This document shows, in pieces, positions 12,945 through 26,307 of a DNA stretch of 64,000 bases (its first letter is position 1; each line of letters begins with the position of its first letter). Below the pieces are notes generated by a model. The model searched no databases. It had not been told where the DNA came from and saw only the letters and a program-made list of their open reading frames with translations. A program made the position numbers and the translations under genes. Location: the NCBI GenBank assembly GCA_951406725.2, contig OX597818.1, positions 496,001 to 560,000 on the forward strand. Direction: 5' to 3'. This DNA comes from Octopus vulgaris. Lineage: Eukaryota.

Positions 12945-13100
12945 TATTGTTTTTAGCCCCAGGTTAGCTCTGGTTGAGAGGACCTATGATCAAAAGAGAT
13001 TTCAGCCATGACCATCCTGTCTCTTTGTGCGTCTATAACTACACTGACAAAACTGTCCTCCCTTCTTTAAGACAGTCTAGAGGTAATTTGGCTGCTAGTG
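12945..13100 (+). repeat. Copy of an unclassified dispersed repeat family; other copies at ~23030-23550 (+, x2), 57880-58720 (+), 12460-12670 (-), 27760-27925 (-), 35850-36000 (+), 63160-63320 (-)
   Basis: Shared TTTAGCCCCAGG...GACCTATGATCAAAG...CCAGCCATGACCATCC...ACATTATCCAATG...GATTTGGCTGCTATTTCTAGCAGG blocks. Confidence 0.6.
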
Positions 13101-13789
13101 TGACTTCACAGTCTTTTGTACACAATCCTAAAGAGCAACTAATTAGTAGAACTGACAGCTATTTAAAGTAGCCATAGACATTAATGATTACACAAATAAA
13201 CATTATCCACCGTATCATCTTATACAACTAATGAAGATAGTCCTTTCTTATTTATAAGCCTAAAGAACTGGTGTTAGTGGGGAAGGTGTTGAACAACGAA
13301 TGGATTAAGTTAGAAAACTGACATTTTGAGATCATATCCAGTGACTTCTTCATCTTCCTCCAGGATCCATAACAATATTGATAACAGCTTATCAAGTATG
13401 ACTTCTATTCTTATAAAAAGATCTGGCTCAGGCTAAAAGCAATACTTATTCTCATAATTCTTTGCTGGTTCTCTGACAACACACACATACACACACAAAC
13501 ATTAGTTTGTAGATGTCCACATGTGTATGTAGTAGCTATGTCTATATGTGTATGTGTAGTGTGTGTAGTTGCCATGTCTATATGTGTTTATGGTAACTAT
13601 GTCTAAATGTATGACACTGCTTGAATGATGATGAAACTCTTACAAATACCACATGATGTCAAAATATGGAGACACACACACACACACATGCTAACTGCCA
13701 GCAAACCATGGAACAACCTTTCTTATTCTTTACAGATGCAACAGCAAACAGCCTTCTAATTGATGATACATCCTTCCATCCTGTGGGTT

Positions 13790-16126
13790 CCAAGATGTAA
13801 GGGCTTCAGTCATAAATATGGGCAGGATGAAAGATAGGTCTGGTGTGACTGGGGAAATGCTGGAGGGGAAACAAGGGAACATTTGTTGTGTGCAAGAGGT
13901 ACAACGGGAAGTATACTCAACTAAACTTCTTATGGGCAAAAGACTTCTTCTGAGGGAGTAACAATGATGGTAGTGACGGAGTAGGCATAGTGTTAGTTGA
14001 GAAGTGAATAGAGAAAGTAATTGAGGTATAGTGAGAGTATGTGATAGGATTATCAAGATGAGGCTAGTTATAGACAACTCAACAGCAACAGTTATCTTGG
14101 CATATGTCCCACAAGCAGGACTATCTAACAATTTGCAACACACACTTTAGAATCTGGTACACATACAAGTCAGACAGATTATGTTCTTGCCAGGAAAAAG
14201 CACAGAACATCCATTGTAAATGTCAAAATTCTTCCTGTAGAAGAATGTACTGCACAACATAAATTAGTGGTGACTGACTTCAGAGTTAAAGCTAGGAAGA
14301 CACAGAGATAAATGCCATGGAGAAGGAAGACATGAAAATTGAAAGATCCTGCAACTGGAAAGGTGGAAATTTAGATACCTGTAATGTATATGAAAACTGG
14401 GAATTTCTATGAAATAACTTGTTCAGCACCAATGAACAGACATGTGGCTGGAGTAAAGTCCCAACCAAGCCAAAAGTAACATGGATGTGGAATGATACAG
14501 TGGATAGGGCAATAAAAGCAAAGAAACAAGCATGGAAAACTTGGAAGGAAGCGGTTAGTAGGAAACATTACCAAGTGGATAGAAGAGCAGTTAGGCAAGA
14601 GCTATATTTGGTTAATCATGAAGCAAAGAAGAAGAGATTTGAACATGTCTTGCAGCATGAGGATTAGAGGTGTAAAGTGTTTAGGATCACAAAGCAGTGT
14701 GAAAGAGAGAACCAAGATGTCATTGGTGAGAAGCATATTTGGAATGGTGAAAGCATATTTGTCATTGATATGGAAGATAACAAAGTGGTGTAGAAATGCT
14801 ATTATGAGAATGCAAGGGGTGAAGAGAGGCTACATTGTGCAGACCTTACAGAGAAACCAATTCAAGTTGATTGCCACATAGAAAATAAGGTGATCAAGGA
14901 AATGAAGAGTAGGATAGCTGCAGAGATGCTCAAAACATCTGGTGAGGTAAGCTACAGGATTACCACTCAGATAGTAAATAAGGTCATACAAGGATGAGTC
15001 ATATCCATTGACTGGTGTAACAATGTCATTGCAAACTACTACAAAGGTAAAGGGAGAATACCTTTGAGAGAAGCAGTTATAGAGGAATTAGATGAATGGA
15101 TCAGGTTATGAAGGTCACAGAGAATGTCATTGCACAATTGATTCATGGAAGGATAGATAAGATGAAGCTTGGTTTCATGCCTAGAAGAGATGCAATGTTC
15201 CCAGTGAGACAACTACAGGAGAAAAACTTAGTGATGAATAAACCATTGTTCCTAGCCTTTGTTAACCAAGAGAAGGCATTTGACTGTACCATATTCCATA
15301 ATCTGGTGTTCACTAAGGAAACTTAAGTAGGAAAGACAGGATCCTGGTACCCTCAGGGAAATAGCTTTATTTGATATGCAGAAAAGGAATAGGTATAGAC
15401 TCCATATGCTGCACTCACTGTAAACTATGGATAGAGAAGAGATGTAGCAGAATCACAGACAAACTAGCAGAAAATATAAGCTTCATATGTGATAGATGGA
15501 CTGGAACAGTATGTTCCATGAACACACCAAAAATGAATCCCTTGAATACCTGAATAGCTCACTAGAATTAGTTGAAAGTTTTTGTAACTGAGGAGATGTC
15601 ATCAGCAAAAAAAAAGTGATTGCCCTGAAAGAATAACAGCCTGATTAAGAACAAGATAGAAAAAGTTCAGAGAGCTACAATGATCTTTTCTCACAGAGTG
15701 AAAAGCAGATTGTATGATACTTGTGTTAGAACTGCAATGCTGCATGGTAGTGAGACATGGGCCTTGAACACGGAGAACATGAGAAGACTGGAAAGAAATG
15801 GAGTGAGCAGGCTCCACTGGATGTGTAATTTAAGTGTGCATGAATGACATAGTAAGTGTTGGGAAAGACTATAAGAGAAATCAGATACAAGAAAGAAGAC
15901 TGTGCTAGTACAGATATGTGATGTGTATGGACGAGGACAGATGTACTAAGAAGTGCTGATTACTAAATGCAGCTGGAGCCTGTACACAAGGAAAACACAG
16001 GAAGACATGGGATGAAGTGGCGAAGGCTGGCCTCAGAACCTTGAGCTTTGCAGCAGAAATGACAAAGGACCTGGACATCTAACGATATAAAGTTTTCATG
16101 AAAATCTACCCATTGCAGTAAAACTG

Positions 16127-16176
<50 letters not shown>

Positions 16177-16665
16177 CTTTATGTATAACAAATACTCTCC
16201 TCACATCTCTACCCCCATACAATCTTGCAACCACCCCCAACTACTACAACTGCTACACAAGATGCACTTGGACACATCACCCATATCTCTTTGGGGATAC
16301 CACTAATTCATTTTCACTCATTCACCTAAAAGTGAGTTACCATGTAGCTCCTCTACAACATGAACCTGCCCTGCCCCAACCTCTTCCCTCATACCATAAC
16401 CCCTATATAACATGAGGATGCAGTGCCCTCATCTCCTTGAGTTTGAAAACTTGCAAGCTACAAAATGACTTTAATAGTGAAGTGGCATGAAAAGAAGCAC
16501 CCAGTACAAACTGTAAAGTGGTGCTTGGCATTAGGAAGGGCATTCAGGTGTAGAAACTATGCCAAAGCAGACATTGGAGCACAGTACCATCCTTGGGCTC
16601 ACTGAATCCAAACAAACCATTCAAACCATGCCAGAATGGAATATGGATGTTAAATGATGATGATA
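13790..16665 (+). mobile_element. Highly decayed RTE-clade LINE: endonuclease and RT N-terminal remnants, PHD-finger remnant, 3' UTR with (GAT)n
   Basis: Fragments TWMWNDTVDRAIKAKKQAWK, MDQVMKVTE..GFMP..LAFV..EKAFD and CRKGIGIDSICCTHCKLW..RC; the first two align by eye to the RTE at 60-63 kb. Many stops. RTE tail at 16490-16665. Confidence 0.85.
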
Positions 16666-16669
16666 TGAT

Positions 16670-16805
16670 GGCCTTATTTCAATCTCTGTCAACTAAATCC
16701 ACTCACAAAGCTTTGGTCAGTTTAGGGCTATAGTAGAAGATACTTGCCCAAGGTGTAATGTAGTGGGACTGAACTCCTTAATCACACAGCTGTGCTGTGC
16801 CTATT
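16670..16805 (-). mobile_element. CORE-type tRNA-derived SINE, 5' part; similar partial copies at ~28590-28753, 29575-29740, 40585-40730, 44265-44390
   Basis: AAATCCACTCACAA.GCTTTGGTC...GCTATAGTAGAAGA.ACTTGCCCAAGGTG...GTGGGACTGAAC matches the full copy at 54124-54533. Confidence 0.7.
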
Positions 16806-19800
16806 AGGTGTATAAATGCAGGCATGGCTACATATCTAACCCTAAAGAATGCCCATAAGAAATTGAAACTAAATTTTAAGTGTATTGCAAAGTCACTGGA
16901 CATGAAATGGAAGTGCACAGATATGGGGAACATTCAGTTTTAAGAACCTTAAGAATAGATAAAATTTAGTTGGATATTGAATCAGCTTTTATTTTGGGTT
17001 CATATGGATTCCATTGAGTTTATGCTGAATTGTGAGTTGAGAGGGGAGAGAGAGCTACAGAGAATGAAAGGGATAGAGGGAGGGAGAAAGCATGTAAATG
17101 GGTAACATGAAAAAAAAAAAAGAAACAATTGCTAATAATGAAAGAGTAAAGAAAGACAAAAAGAAAAATGATCAAATAGCTGGGACAGTCTATAAAGTAA
17201 AGTCAACATACTTTAAAAATTAAAAAAAATGGATTGAAATTCCTTAAAAGTCACAAAATAAATATAATAGAGTAAAAAAAATTATAATTAACAGAAGACT
17301 GTCAAGTTTTTAGATTTTAAGACTGAAGAGAAATTTGGAAATAGAAACAGAAGAAATAAGCAAAAGGATTTAAAAGGAAAAAAGAAATAAAATGTTTCAG
17401 AGAAAATTGAAAGTATGTTTTTACCAAGTTTGGATTTATTTAGATAATATATATAAATGGGTTAAAACAGCAAAGTGTAGTTGAGGGGGTTGGAATAAAA
17501 CATAGGCAGAAATAATAAGAGTTTTAGTCAGTAAGATAGGTTTAATGTTAACGGACATCAAAGAAGTTAATTAATAACACATTTACAATGTTTTGTGCTA
17601 CATTGATAGAAATTTTGGTTTATCAGAATAGTAAAAAAGTTAGCAGTGAAGATAAATCTGACAGACATAATTGGTTACGCCATGTTTTAGGGTGTTTCAG
17701 AATCCAGATAAAACTCATGGTTATCAAAAGTACTTGAGGACTATGCACTCGGAGAACTATTGGTTGATGTTGTTAAACTCTTGGATAATAAAAGAAGAGA
17801 TACACAATGCCTGATAAAAAAAAAAAAGAAGAAAAAACTGATTGGTCATGGCCAGAATGTTTTTGACCATAAACCTGTTTGATCAGGAATGGTTTAATGC
17901 TAAACAACAACATCATCATCATCATCATCATTGTTCGACCGTGGTCAAGACAATGGAATTTACCATGCTACGCCAGACTTCACGGTCCATCATGGCAACA
18001 ACAAAAGGTAATTGGAAATTAAAATGAAGAAACCAAAGGGAGATAGGAAGAATGGTTATCACCATTAATAAAATAATGTAGTACCAAAATTAATGACATC
18101 TAATCCCCCAGAACATTCGTTTTCAAAGGGCCTTATCTCTTATGGTACTGCTTCAGCATGTAAGGAGGATATTTCTATATTACCAAAGATTCTTTCAGAA
18201 GATATTTGGAGGATTAGAAAAATCTACTATAAATAATGCTTTCAAGAAGAATGATAAAATGATGTAGAATTCTGTAATAACTAAATCAAAGTTCTAAAAA
18301 TAAAATATAAATTTGTCAGAGATGAAAGTTATGAAAATGGTAAAATTTAATCTGTAATTTCTACTTTCTATCTCTCTGGTGGCCACTGAAAATAATTATG
18401 AATGATTAATAATCACTTGAAATTACAGTCATCTAGTACTAACATATGCTTTTTTTCGGCAAGATTACTTTTTATAAACTTCATTACCTAATTCTTTACC
18501 TTCCCACTAGGTGTCATTAGTTGTGAGAGACAACGAAGTGAAGAACTAAAGAGGACATGTTAACTACTACACTGATGTTTCAATTATCCTTGTTATACAA
18601 CGAATGAGATTGAAATCAGCAGTTTCCAACTTTGTTTTACTCATGGCACCTACTCCTCTTCTTTACTTCAGTGGTCCCACTTCATAAATGTTTATTAAAT
18701 GAAAAAATATTTTCCCATTCGCCAAGTTTATTAGTTGCAGCTGTGTCATCAAAAAACAAAGTGTTTGTAGAGACTTAAAAACATGCCCATTTTTTAGCAG
18801 AGAAAACTGTTTTAACAAACAAAACTCTATAAAGACATAAATGTGTGTGTAGGAGTCATATTGCAGTAAGGTCTGACATACATTAACTTTAATAATGTGG
18901 AATTTATTAACAAGAAAATATTATTAGAAACCTAAAATATATAAACTCAAAGAAGTATGAGGAAAATTGATGTTAAATGATGGTGGTGATGCTGATGATT
19001 GTGGTAGTGTGGTGGTGAAACTGGTGATGATGATGCTGGGCATGATTATAGTGGTGGTAGTAGTGGTGGCTAGGATGATGATAATGATGAAGGCCATCTG
19101 TACTGTGGTACACCAAGCTACATCTCATGGCACAACAATGTGTTGTTGCACATTGAAGTGCTATGCAATGTAACTAAGAATGCAACAAAAATAATCTAGT
19201 TTTATTTAAATAATAATGCACAGGTTCTAAGTGTAACTATTATTTCTAACTATCACAGACACTACAACTCTTAAATTAATTATACCTCTCTAGATTATAT
19301 CTTAACAAAACTATTTTACTTCAGTCTTTAAATAGAAACTATAGAAGAAGTCCCAGCAGAAGTCTCAAAGTCAAACCATACCATAAACTTTCATCATTTT
19401 ATAAACTGAATCAAGTTTAATAAATCTTTACCACAAAACTGTTCTACACCATCTGATTCAATCTTGTCTGCTTTGGTCACATTTTTTTGTTTGATACACT
19501 GAAACCAACAGACCAATTATCATGCATCTGCCTATTCTGGAGTAGTAGACATGTAGATTTCTAAGTATTTGGGTGACCAGAAAACAGCATAGTAGTAATA
19601 GACTCAGACCCCTATCAAAATACTCTGTGCAACCAATGGTACAATACTCTGACTACAGTACTGTATGTACTTTACACAACCAAATCTCACATCATACAGT
19701 GTGTAATATAGTAACAGATCAAACTAAAACATGTTATATCACAAACTGACATGCTGCTTCTAAACCTTTAACTACTTCTAATGTTGAGGTCTGCTGGCAA

Positions 19801-21489
19801 AGATGAAGACCACATAAATCAAAACAGATATTTCTTTTCATTCCATTAATGTTGACTAATTCAACAAAAGAAAATAATCCAAAGTTCTATTGTATTGTAG
19901 AGAAAGTCAAAAGAAATTATGTAAAGTACAAAGTGTAAAAGAGAATATTCCTGTCATCTTGTATTGTTTAGGCACAAATTATTGAGACATTGTCAAAATT
20001 ATGATGATAAGAAAACACACAATTTTGCTAATAATGTTGCTCTAATTGTTATATCACAATTCTAAATATGGACACAGGAATGGTACTTCTATGGGTATTG
20101 GCAGAATTGTTAGAGAGCTTGGATCAATTACAGTTGTTTATGTTCTAAGTTCAAATCACACCGAGGTCAACTCTACCTTTCATCTTTCCAGAGTGGATTA
20201 AATAAAATACCAGTCATGTACTGGGGTGCATATAACCAACAATACTACCCCACCACTACTTAAATGTGGTCCTGTGGCACTATTAGAAATTAATAATTAA
20301 AATATTTTAATAATAAATGAGTGAACATCACCAGTCAAATTAGTTAAATAAATAAAACACTTTTTCATTCAACATGAGAATCAGTAATTTATCTTATTCA
20401 AGTAAATTAATGAGGTTTTATAATGATGTAGTCATCAATGGTTAATTGATATTATTCGTTTTCAAAAAGCAAATAGGATTTGTGACACTGAAACCTTTAT
20501 TTAGATCATTAGGGACAAGAATTTGGTAGATTCTACTACATCAAAGTATTGTTTTATTCCTTTCAGTCATTTGATTGAAACCATGTTGGGGTACCATCTT
20601 CAGTCAATTATTTCAACCATAATACCTTACCAGGAGATAATTTCATCAATCTTGGATGGTGGAACAGCTAAGTTGAGCTTGATGTACATGGATGTAACTA
20701 GAACATAAACAAATATATATATATTTTTGTTTGATGCGCTAAAGCCAACAGACTAGTTATCATGCATCTACCTATTCATGAGTAAGTAGACATGTAGGTT
20801 GTTGCTAAATATTTGGTTGATTATCTCCATAACACAGATCTACTTAAATAGCACTGACCCAACATTTTATCAGATCAACAACACTGATATCATAAGATCT
20901 AAAATAGCCCAAAATTGATGTTAAAATGTATGATAATTAATCATTTCTTATACTGGTACAGGGCCATGCATCTTCAAGAAGTGGTAATACAATCTATTGA
21001 CTTAAACTCCTATAAACATAGGTTCTACAGGGTCCATTGGACCTAAATGTATTACAAACAAGGCTGATCTGACTGAAATTTGAATTCAAAGAGAGATAAA
21101 ACTAAATATTACACAGCATCTAATCCAGCCAACCTACTGCAATAATTTCAGCAGACAACTGCCTGATTAATATTATAGAATTATAATAAATCATAATAAG
21201 TACAAATACAACCAGCCCTATATGCATTCTGTTTAATCACCTCATAATACTATACAACACAATCCACCCCACACAACACATCAAAATAATCATCATTCAG
21301 TATTATAATACAACAATCACCACCCAATACTATAACACAACACACATCATCAACATAATCACCATTCAGTACTATTATTCATCTTTTACACAATCACATC
21401 CTAATACTACAGAAACTTTAAGAAATAAGACTAAAAAAAATGCTATCTTGTTGCTATTTCTTGTTGAGTGTCTTCCTGACACCTAGAGC

Positions 21490-21945
21490 AAAGAAACTCA
21501 GCAGAATTGTTAGCATGCTGGGCAAAATGCTTAGTGGTATTTCATCTGTCCTTACTTTCTGGGCTCAAATTCCACTGAGGTCAACTTTGCCTTTCATCCT
21601 TTCTGAGTCAATAAAGTAAGTATCAGAGGCACATTGGGAGTCAATGTAACTATCCCTCTCTCCCAGAGATTCAGGTCTTGTGCCTATAGTAGAAAGGATT
21701 ATAATTATTACTATTACTATTATTATCATCAAGGTGATGAGCGGCAGAATTGTTAGCACACAAGGCAAAATGCTTTGTGGCATTTCATCTGTCTTTATGT
21801 CCCGAGTCCAAATACCACCAGGGTCAACTTTGACTTTCATCCTTTTGGGGTCAATGAAATGAGTACCAGTTGAACAGTGGTATTAATGTAATCGACTTAT
21901 CCCACCATCCTGAAATTGCTGGCCATGCACCAAAATTTGAAGCAA
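21490..21945 (+). mobile_element. Two tandem tRNA-derived (Deu/Nin-like) SINE copies
   Basis: A-box-like GGCAGAATTGTTAG, B-box-like G(C/T)TCAAATTCC, central GCCTTTCATCC...GTCAATAAA..AAGTA, (ATT)n spacer. Confidence 0.8.
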
Positions 21946-23852
21946 CAACAACTGCTGCCACCTTTTACATAATAAAATATCAGTCTATTTTGTTGACAAG
22001 CTGCATGTGGTGCTTCTCTATTTAACATCATCCTGATATGTTGATAAATAATGAACAGCAACAAAAGTGTTTTAATATAGTCCATGTGAAGTAAAATCAA
22101 CAATTACATTCATGATTTAGAAACAGATGTCTAAAATAACATCCACAAACTATAAATATAATAGTCTAGACTGAACATTAAAGTGGATTTTATCTAAACA
22201 AGATTATTAAAATCTGATGGTGCTGATGAATAAATGGCAAGCGCATAAGGCAGTGAGAACTCTTTAGTCATGCTGGGGACAAGACAATCCCTCTAGTGCT
22301 GGTACCACTGTAAAACATATTGAGTACACTACTATACAAAGCAGATGGTGTATGAATGGAGAGGACACAGAGGACTCTTTAGTCTGATCATGATCAAAAA
22401 CATACTGAGTACATGCTGTGAAGTGGTTGACAATAAGAAGAGCATTCAACCACAGGAAATGTAACAGAAATGAATCATACAAGTGAGGTGTGGTTTCCAA
22501 CTCTTCTTATGGGACAGAAACTTGGAATAAGAACTAAGTTAGACTGCAACAACATGTTCAATCCATGTGGAAGAGGAACTATAGCTCAGTGGTTAATCCA
22601 TAAGTAGATTATTTCAGATCTCAAGAAATATATTGTGTTGTACTTTAAGAGTAAATCATCATCTTCATTGCCTTGATATTTATTTTACATTTTTTTTATT
22701 GTCTAAAGTCACTTATAAAGTCTTGTTTTTTTATGTTTTTACTAGCAAGGTCTGTGGAGGAAGGGGCAGTGACAGTGGCCTTTACAGACCCACTCCAAAT
22801 GATGTAACTGATGCCTTTAATGTTGTCAGGCAATGGCATTCTGGTGAGGAGAGATAGGGCCTGGATAGGTGACATGAAATGGATGAAGGAAGGTGGAAAG
22901 ACAAGTGGGCCAAGGACACATGAGTGAAGGTGGAATGTGACTAACCATCTAGGTGGAACAGAGACCATTACTGTAATGACAGGAAAGAGAGAAGACAATA
23001 TGTATGTGGGCCAGAAGCTGGAATGTGTTGGTGAGTGACTTTATACCAATGAATGCAACATGTGCAATAGAAGGAAAATAAATTTATTACTGTTGTTGTT
23101 TATACCCAAAGCTATGCCCTAATCTAGTAGGTCTATGATCAAAGGAATTTCAACAGTAACCACCTCTTATTTGTTATCCACACACCCTGCATCTACATTA
23201 TCCAAATTGTCTTTCCTTTTTTTTTCTTTTTAGCTATCTTTTATGGGAGATCTGGTTCCTATTTCTGGCAGACAAGTGACCACATAAAACTCCTCTATGG
23301 CTTGTTGCCTTTTATTTGGTGGGGTTGTTTAGCTCCAGGTCCTTTGATCCAGCAGACCTATGATGTCTTCAGCTCTGCATGAGTCTCTTCAACTGTAACC
23401 ATTCCATCTTTTTTTTGAAACATAGTGTAACTAACTACATTATCCAATGTAACATTCCAATGTATCATTATCCAATGTAACATGGATGGGTACAATTTGA
23501 GGGATATTTAGCTGCTGTTTCTAACAGGTTTAGCAACCACACAGAAGATTCTTACCCCTTTTTTCACTAAATATTAATTAATTTCACAACAATATTCTAA
23601 AACTATAATTTCAATAAATAAATGAACAAATAAGGGATCTGCAGATGGATGAATTAAGAGGGTCCAAGTGGAAGGGTTAGGGGTTCATATCCTGATACTG
23701 GCATCATAGTGACATCATGACAAAGACCAAAAGAATGATATTGACCACATCTCTATACCTTGACAGTAAACAGTCTGTGATTCTCACATGTAATAATGGA
23801 AGACTTTGAGGTTTGAATTTTGATAGTTACACAAAATATATCCTAACAATAT

Positions 23853-24206
23853 ATCGAAATCGAATTGAACCAGCCAGGATCCCTGGTCTGGTGGTACGTA
23901 AAAAGCACTATCCGACTCGTGGCCGATGCCAGCGCCGCCTCGACTGGCTTCCGTGCCGGTGGCACGTAAAATACACCAATCCGACCGTGGCCATTGCCAG
24001 CCTCGCCTGGCACCTGTGCAGGTGGCACATAAAAAGCACCCACTACACTCACGGAGTGGTTGGCGTTAGGAAGGGCATCCAGCTGTAGAAACATTGCCAG
24101 ATAAGACTGGAGACTGGTGCAGCCTTCTGGCTTCCCAGATCCCCGGTCGAACCATCCAACCCATGCTAGCATGGAGAACGGACGTTAAACGATGATGATG
24201 ATGATG
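23853..24206 (+). mobile_element. Young RTE 3' UTR/tail fragment ending in (GAT)n
   Basis: CpG-rich and close to the tails at 39155-39399, 45490-45730 and 62820-63015. Confidence 0.85.
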
Positions 24207-24518
24207 TGAAATTCAATAAAAATAAATACTGACATATATGGGAATTGTGTAAAATAAAATCTAAAATAGGATTAGTTCTTGATAGCTAGACAACATAAAA
24301 GATGGACAAATGTCTTCTTCTATAGATCTGGATTGTGAGTGAATTTGGTAGAGATAAAAGTAGCCTGTCTATGTGTTATCATCATTTAACATCCATGTTC
24401 CATGCTGGCATAGACTGGACAGTTTGACAGGATCCAATGGACCCAAGGACTGTATTGTGCACATGTCTGCAGATGCCCTTCCTTATATCAACCACTTTAT
24501 AGCGTGCGTATGTGTGAA

Positions 24519-24549
<31 letters not shown>

Positions 24550-25224
24550 CATACACACACGTGTATAAATATATGCTCTGGACCACTTTGATTATATTCA
24601 CTTTTCTGTAACTTGAAAGTATACTCTGACACCTCTTCACCACTATCTTCTCGCCTTTTCTAGTTGAAGTAGCCATGTATCACTTCTACTGCAACACACC
24701 GGTTTTACCTAATCATCAGCTGGTGTAAAGTCACCTCCCTCAATAACATCCACTAACTCAATTGAGGAGCCTTGTGTTGCAAGTTACTCGGTGATCTTAT
24801 TAGTGCTTGTGTCACATAAAATACAGCCAGTACACTCTGTGAAATGGTTGGTGTTAGGAAGGATATCCAGCTAAAGAAATTGTATCAATGCAGATATTCG
24901 AGCTTGATGCAGTCCTCTGATTCGCCAGCTCCTGTCAAACTGTCCAACTAATGCCAGATGTTAATCAATGCTAATGATGATATTTATGGGTATGTGTGTG
25001 TGCTGTTGTCTCTTTGTCTTCACATCACATGATGGTTGTAAGTGAGACTCACTATCATACAAGCAGTGTTCTTTGTTTCCAATCCCCCATGAAAACAAGT
25101 CTAGGAGGAAATATTAATTTGCTTGGAAACAAGGGTTGAATGGCAACATGAAGGGTGTCCAGTCATCAGAAATTTGCCTCAACAAATTGTCCAACCCATG
25201 TGATCATAAAAAAGCAGACATTAA

Positions 25225-26307
25225 CCCTTTCGTTACTATATTTCTGACCAAAATACACCCCTCATGAGTTTCAATTAAATTCTAAAATAATCATGAATCT
25301 AGGCTTGTTTCATTAAATAACTGTAACTTTTTTACTTATCAACATATTAATGTGATATTTGGAACGTAATTAAAGAAAGGGTTCTTAATCAATTCTATTG
25401 CATAACTTTTGTCTCAAAGAGACTTTAATTACAGGTAAATCCAGGTAAATTGAGCAAAAGGTAAAAATATTAAAATTTTGTTTAAACATCACCATAGAAA
25501 ATGAATCATCAGCTAATATTCAAATGGGTATGCAACAAAATTTTGATAAAGAAGAATTGTGCACATCACTATATCATCAGTTGAATTTAATGCACAACAG
25601 GTGTACCATAAAGGTGGAATAAAGTGAAATACTGGAATCCACCGTAAGTTTGACCGAACTAAAGAAACCGGTCAAAAATTATATATGGCCCTGGTTATGG
25701 TATGGAAGTGATAAATTCCAGACCACATCGTTCCCAAGGCCATGCTGACTAACATTATTTCCCCTGTATGAAAACTAAATCCACGCAGTACCCAGTATTT
25801 GCTTCACAAATTTTCCGAAATTTGAAGCCCCATTTTGTGTTTGTTTACATTTTGCGTAAGTTTGTTTCCACATTGATCGCTTCAAACAATAACTTCCAGA
25901 CCACATCATACCCTAAGCCATGCTGACTAACATTAGTTTCCCTGTATAAAAACTAAATCCACAACAGTACCCAGTATTTGCTTCACAAATTTTCCAATTC
26001 GGAATCAATGCTTGATAACATGACACTCCTATCCATTTTAAAAGTTGAAGAAAAATTGATGCCGAAAAAAATGGGGAAAAAAATCTGCCAAAATTCAGGG
26101 AATTAAAATTACACGTCGATCGTTGTACAAAACTGTAGATGAACTGTTTACGAAGTATAATCACGTGTTTTCACGAATGTACTAAAGAGATTTGCTCTGA
26201 TATTCTCATTTAAATATGAATAGGTAAATTCGGGCGGCTTTGGGTGGTTTGGTCACATTAACCAAAACTTTTTTCGGGCGGCTTTGGGCGATTTGGTAAC
26301 GAAAGGG
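25225..26307. mobile_element. Non-autonomous piggyBac-like element (MITE), 1083 bp
   Basis: TTAA|CCCTTTCGTTAC...GTAACGAAAGGG|TTAA: perfect 12-bp TIRs and TTAA duplication. Internal ~100-bp direct repeat at ~25715 and ~25895; subterminal TTCGGGCGGCTTTGGG x2. No transposase ORF. Confidence 0.88.

Noticed and set aside
17100-18330. A-rich, strand-biased stretch suggestive of an ancient LINE
   Set aside because: No recognisable protein motif in any frame by eye.
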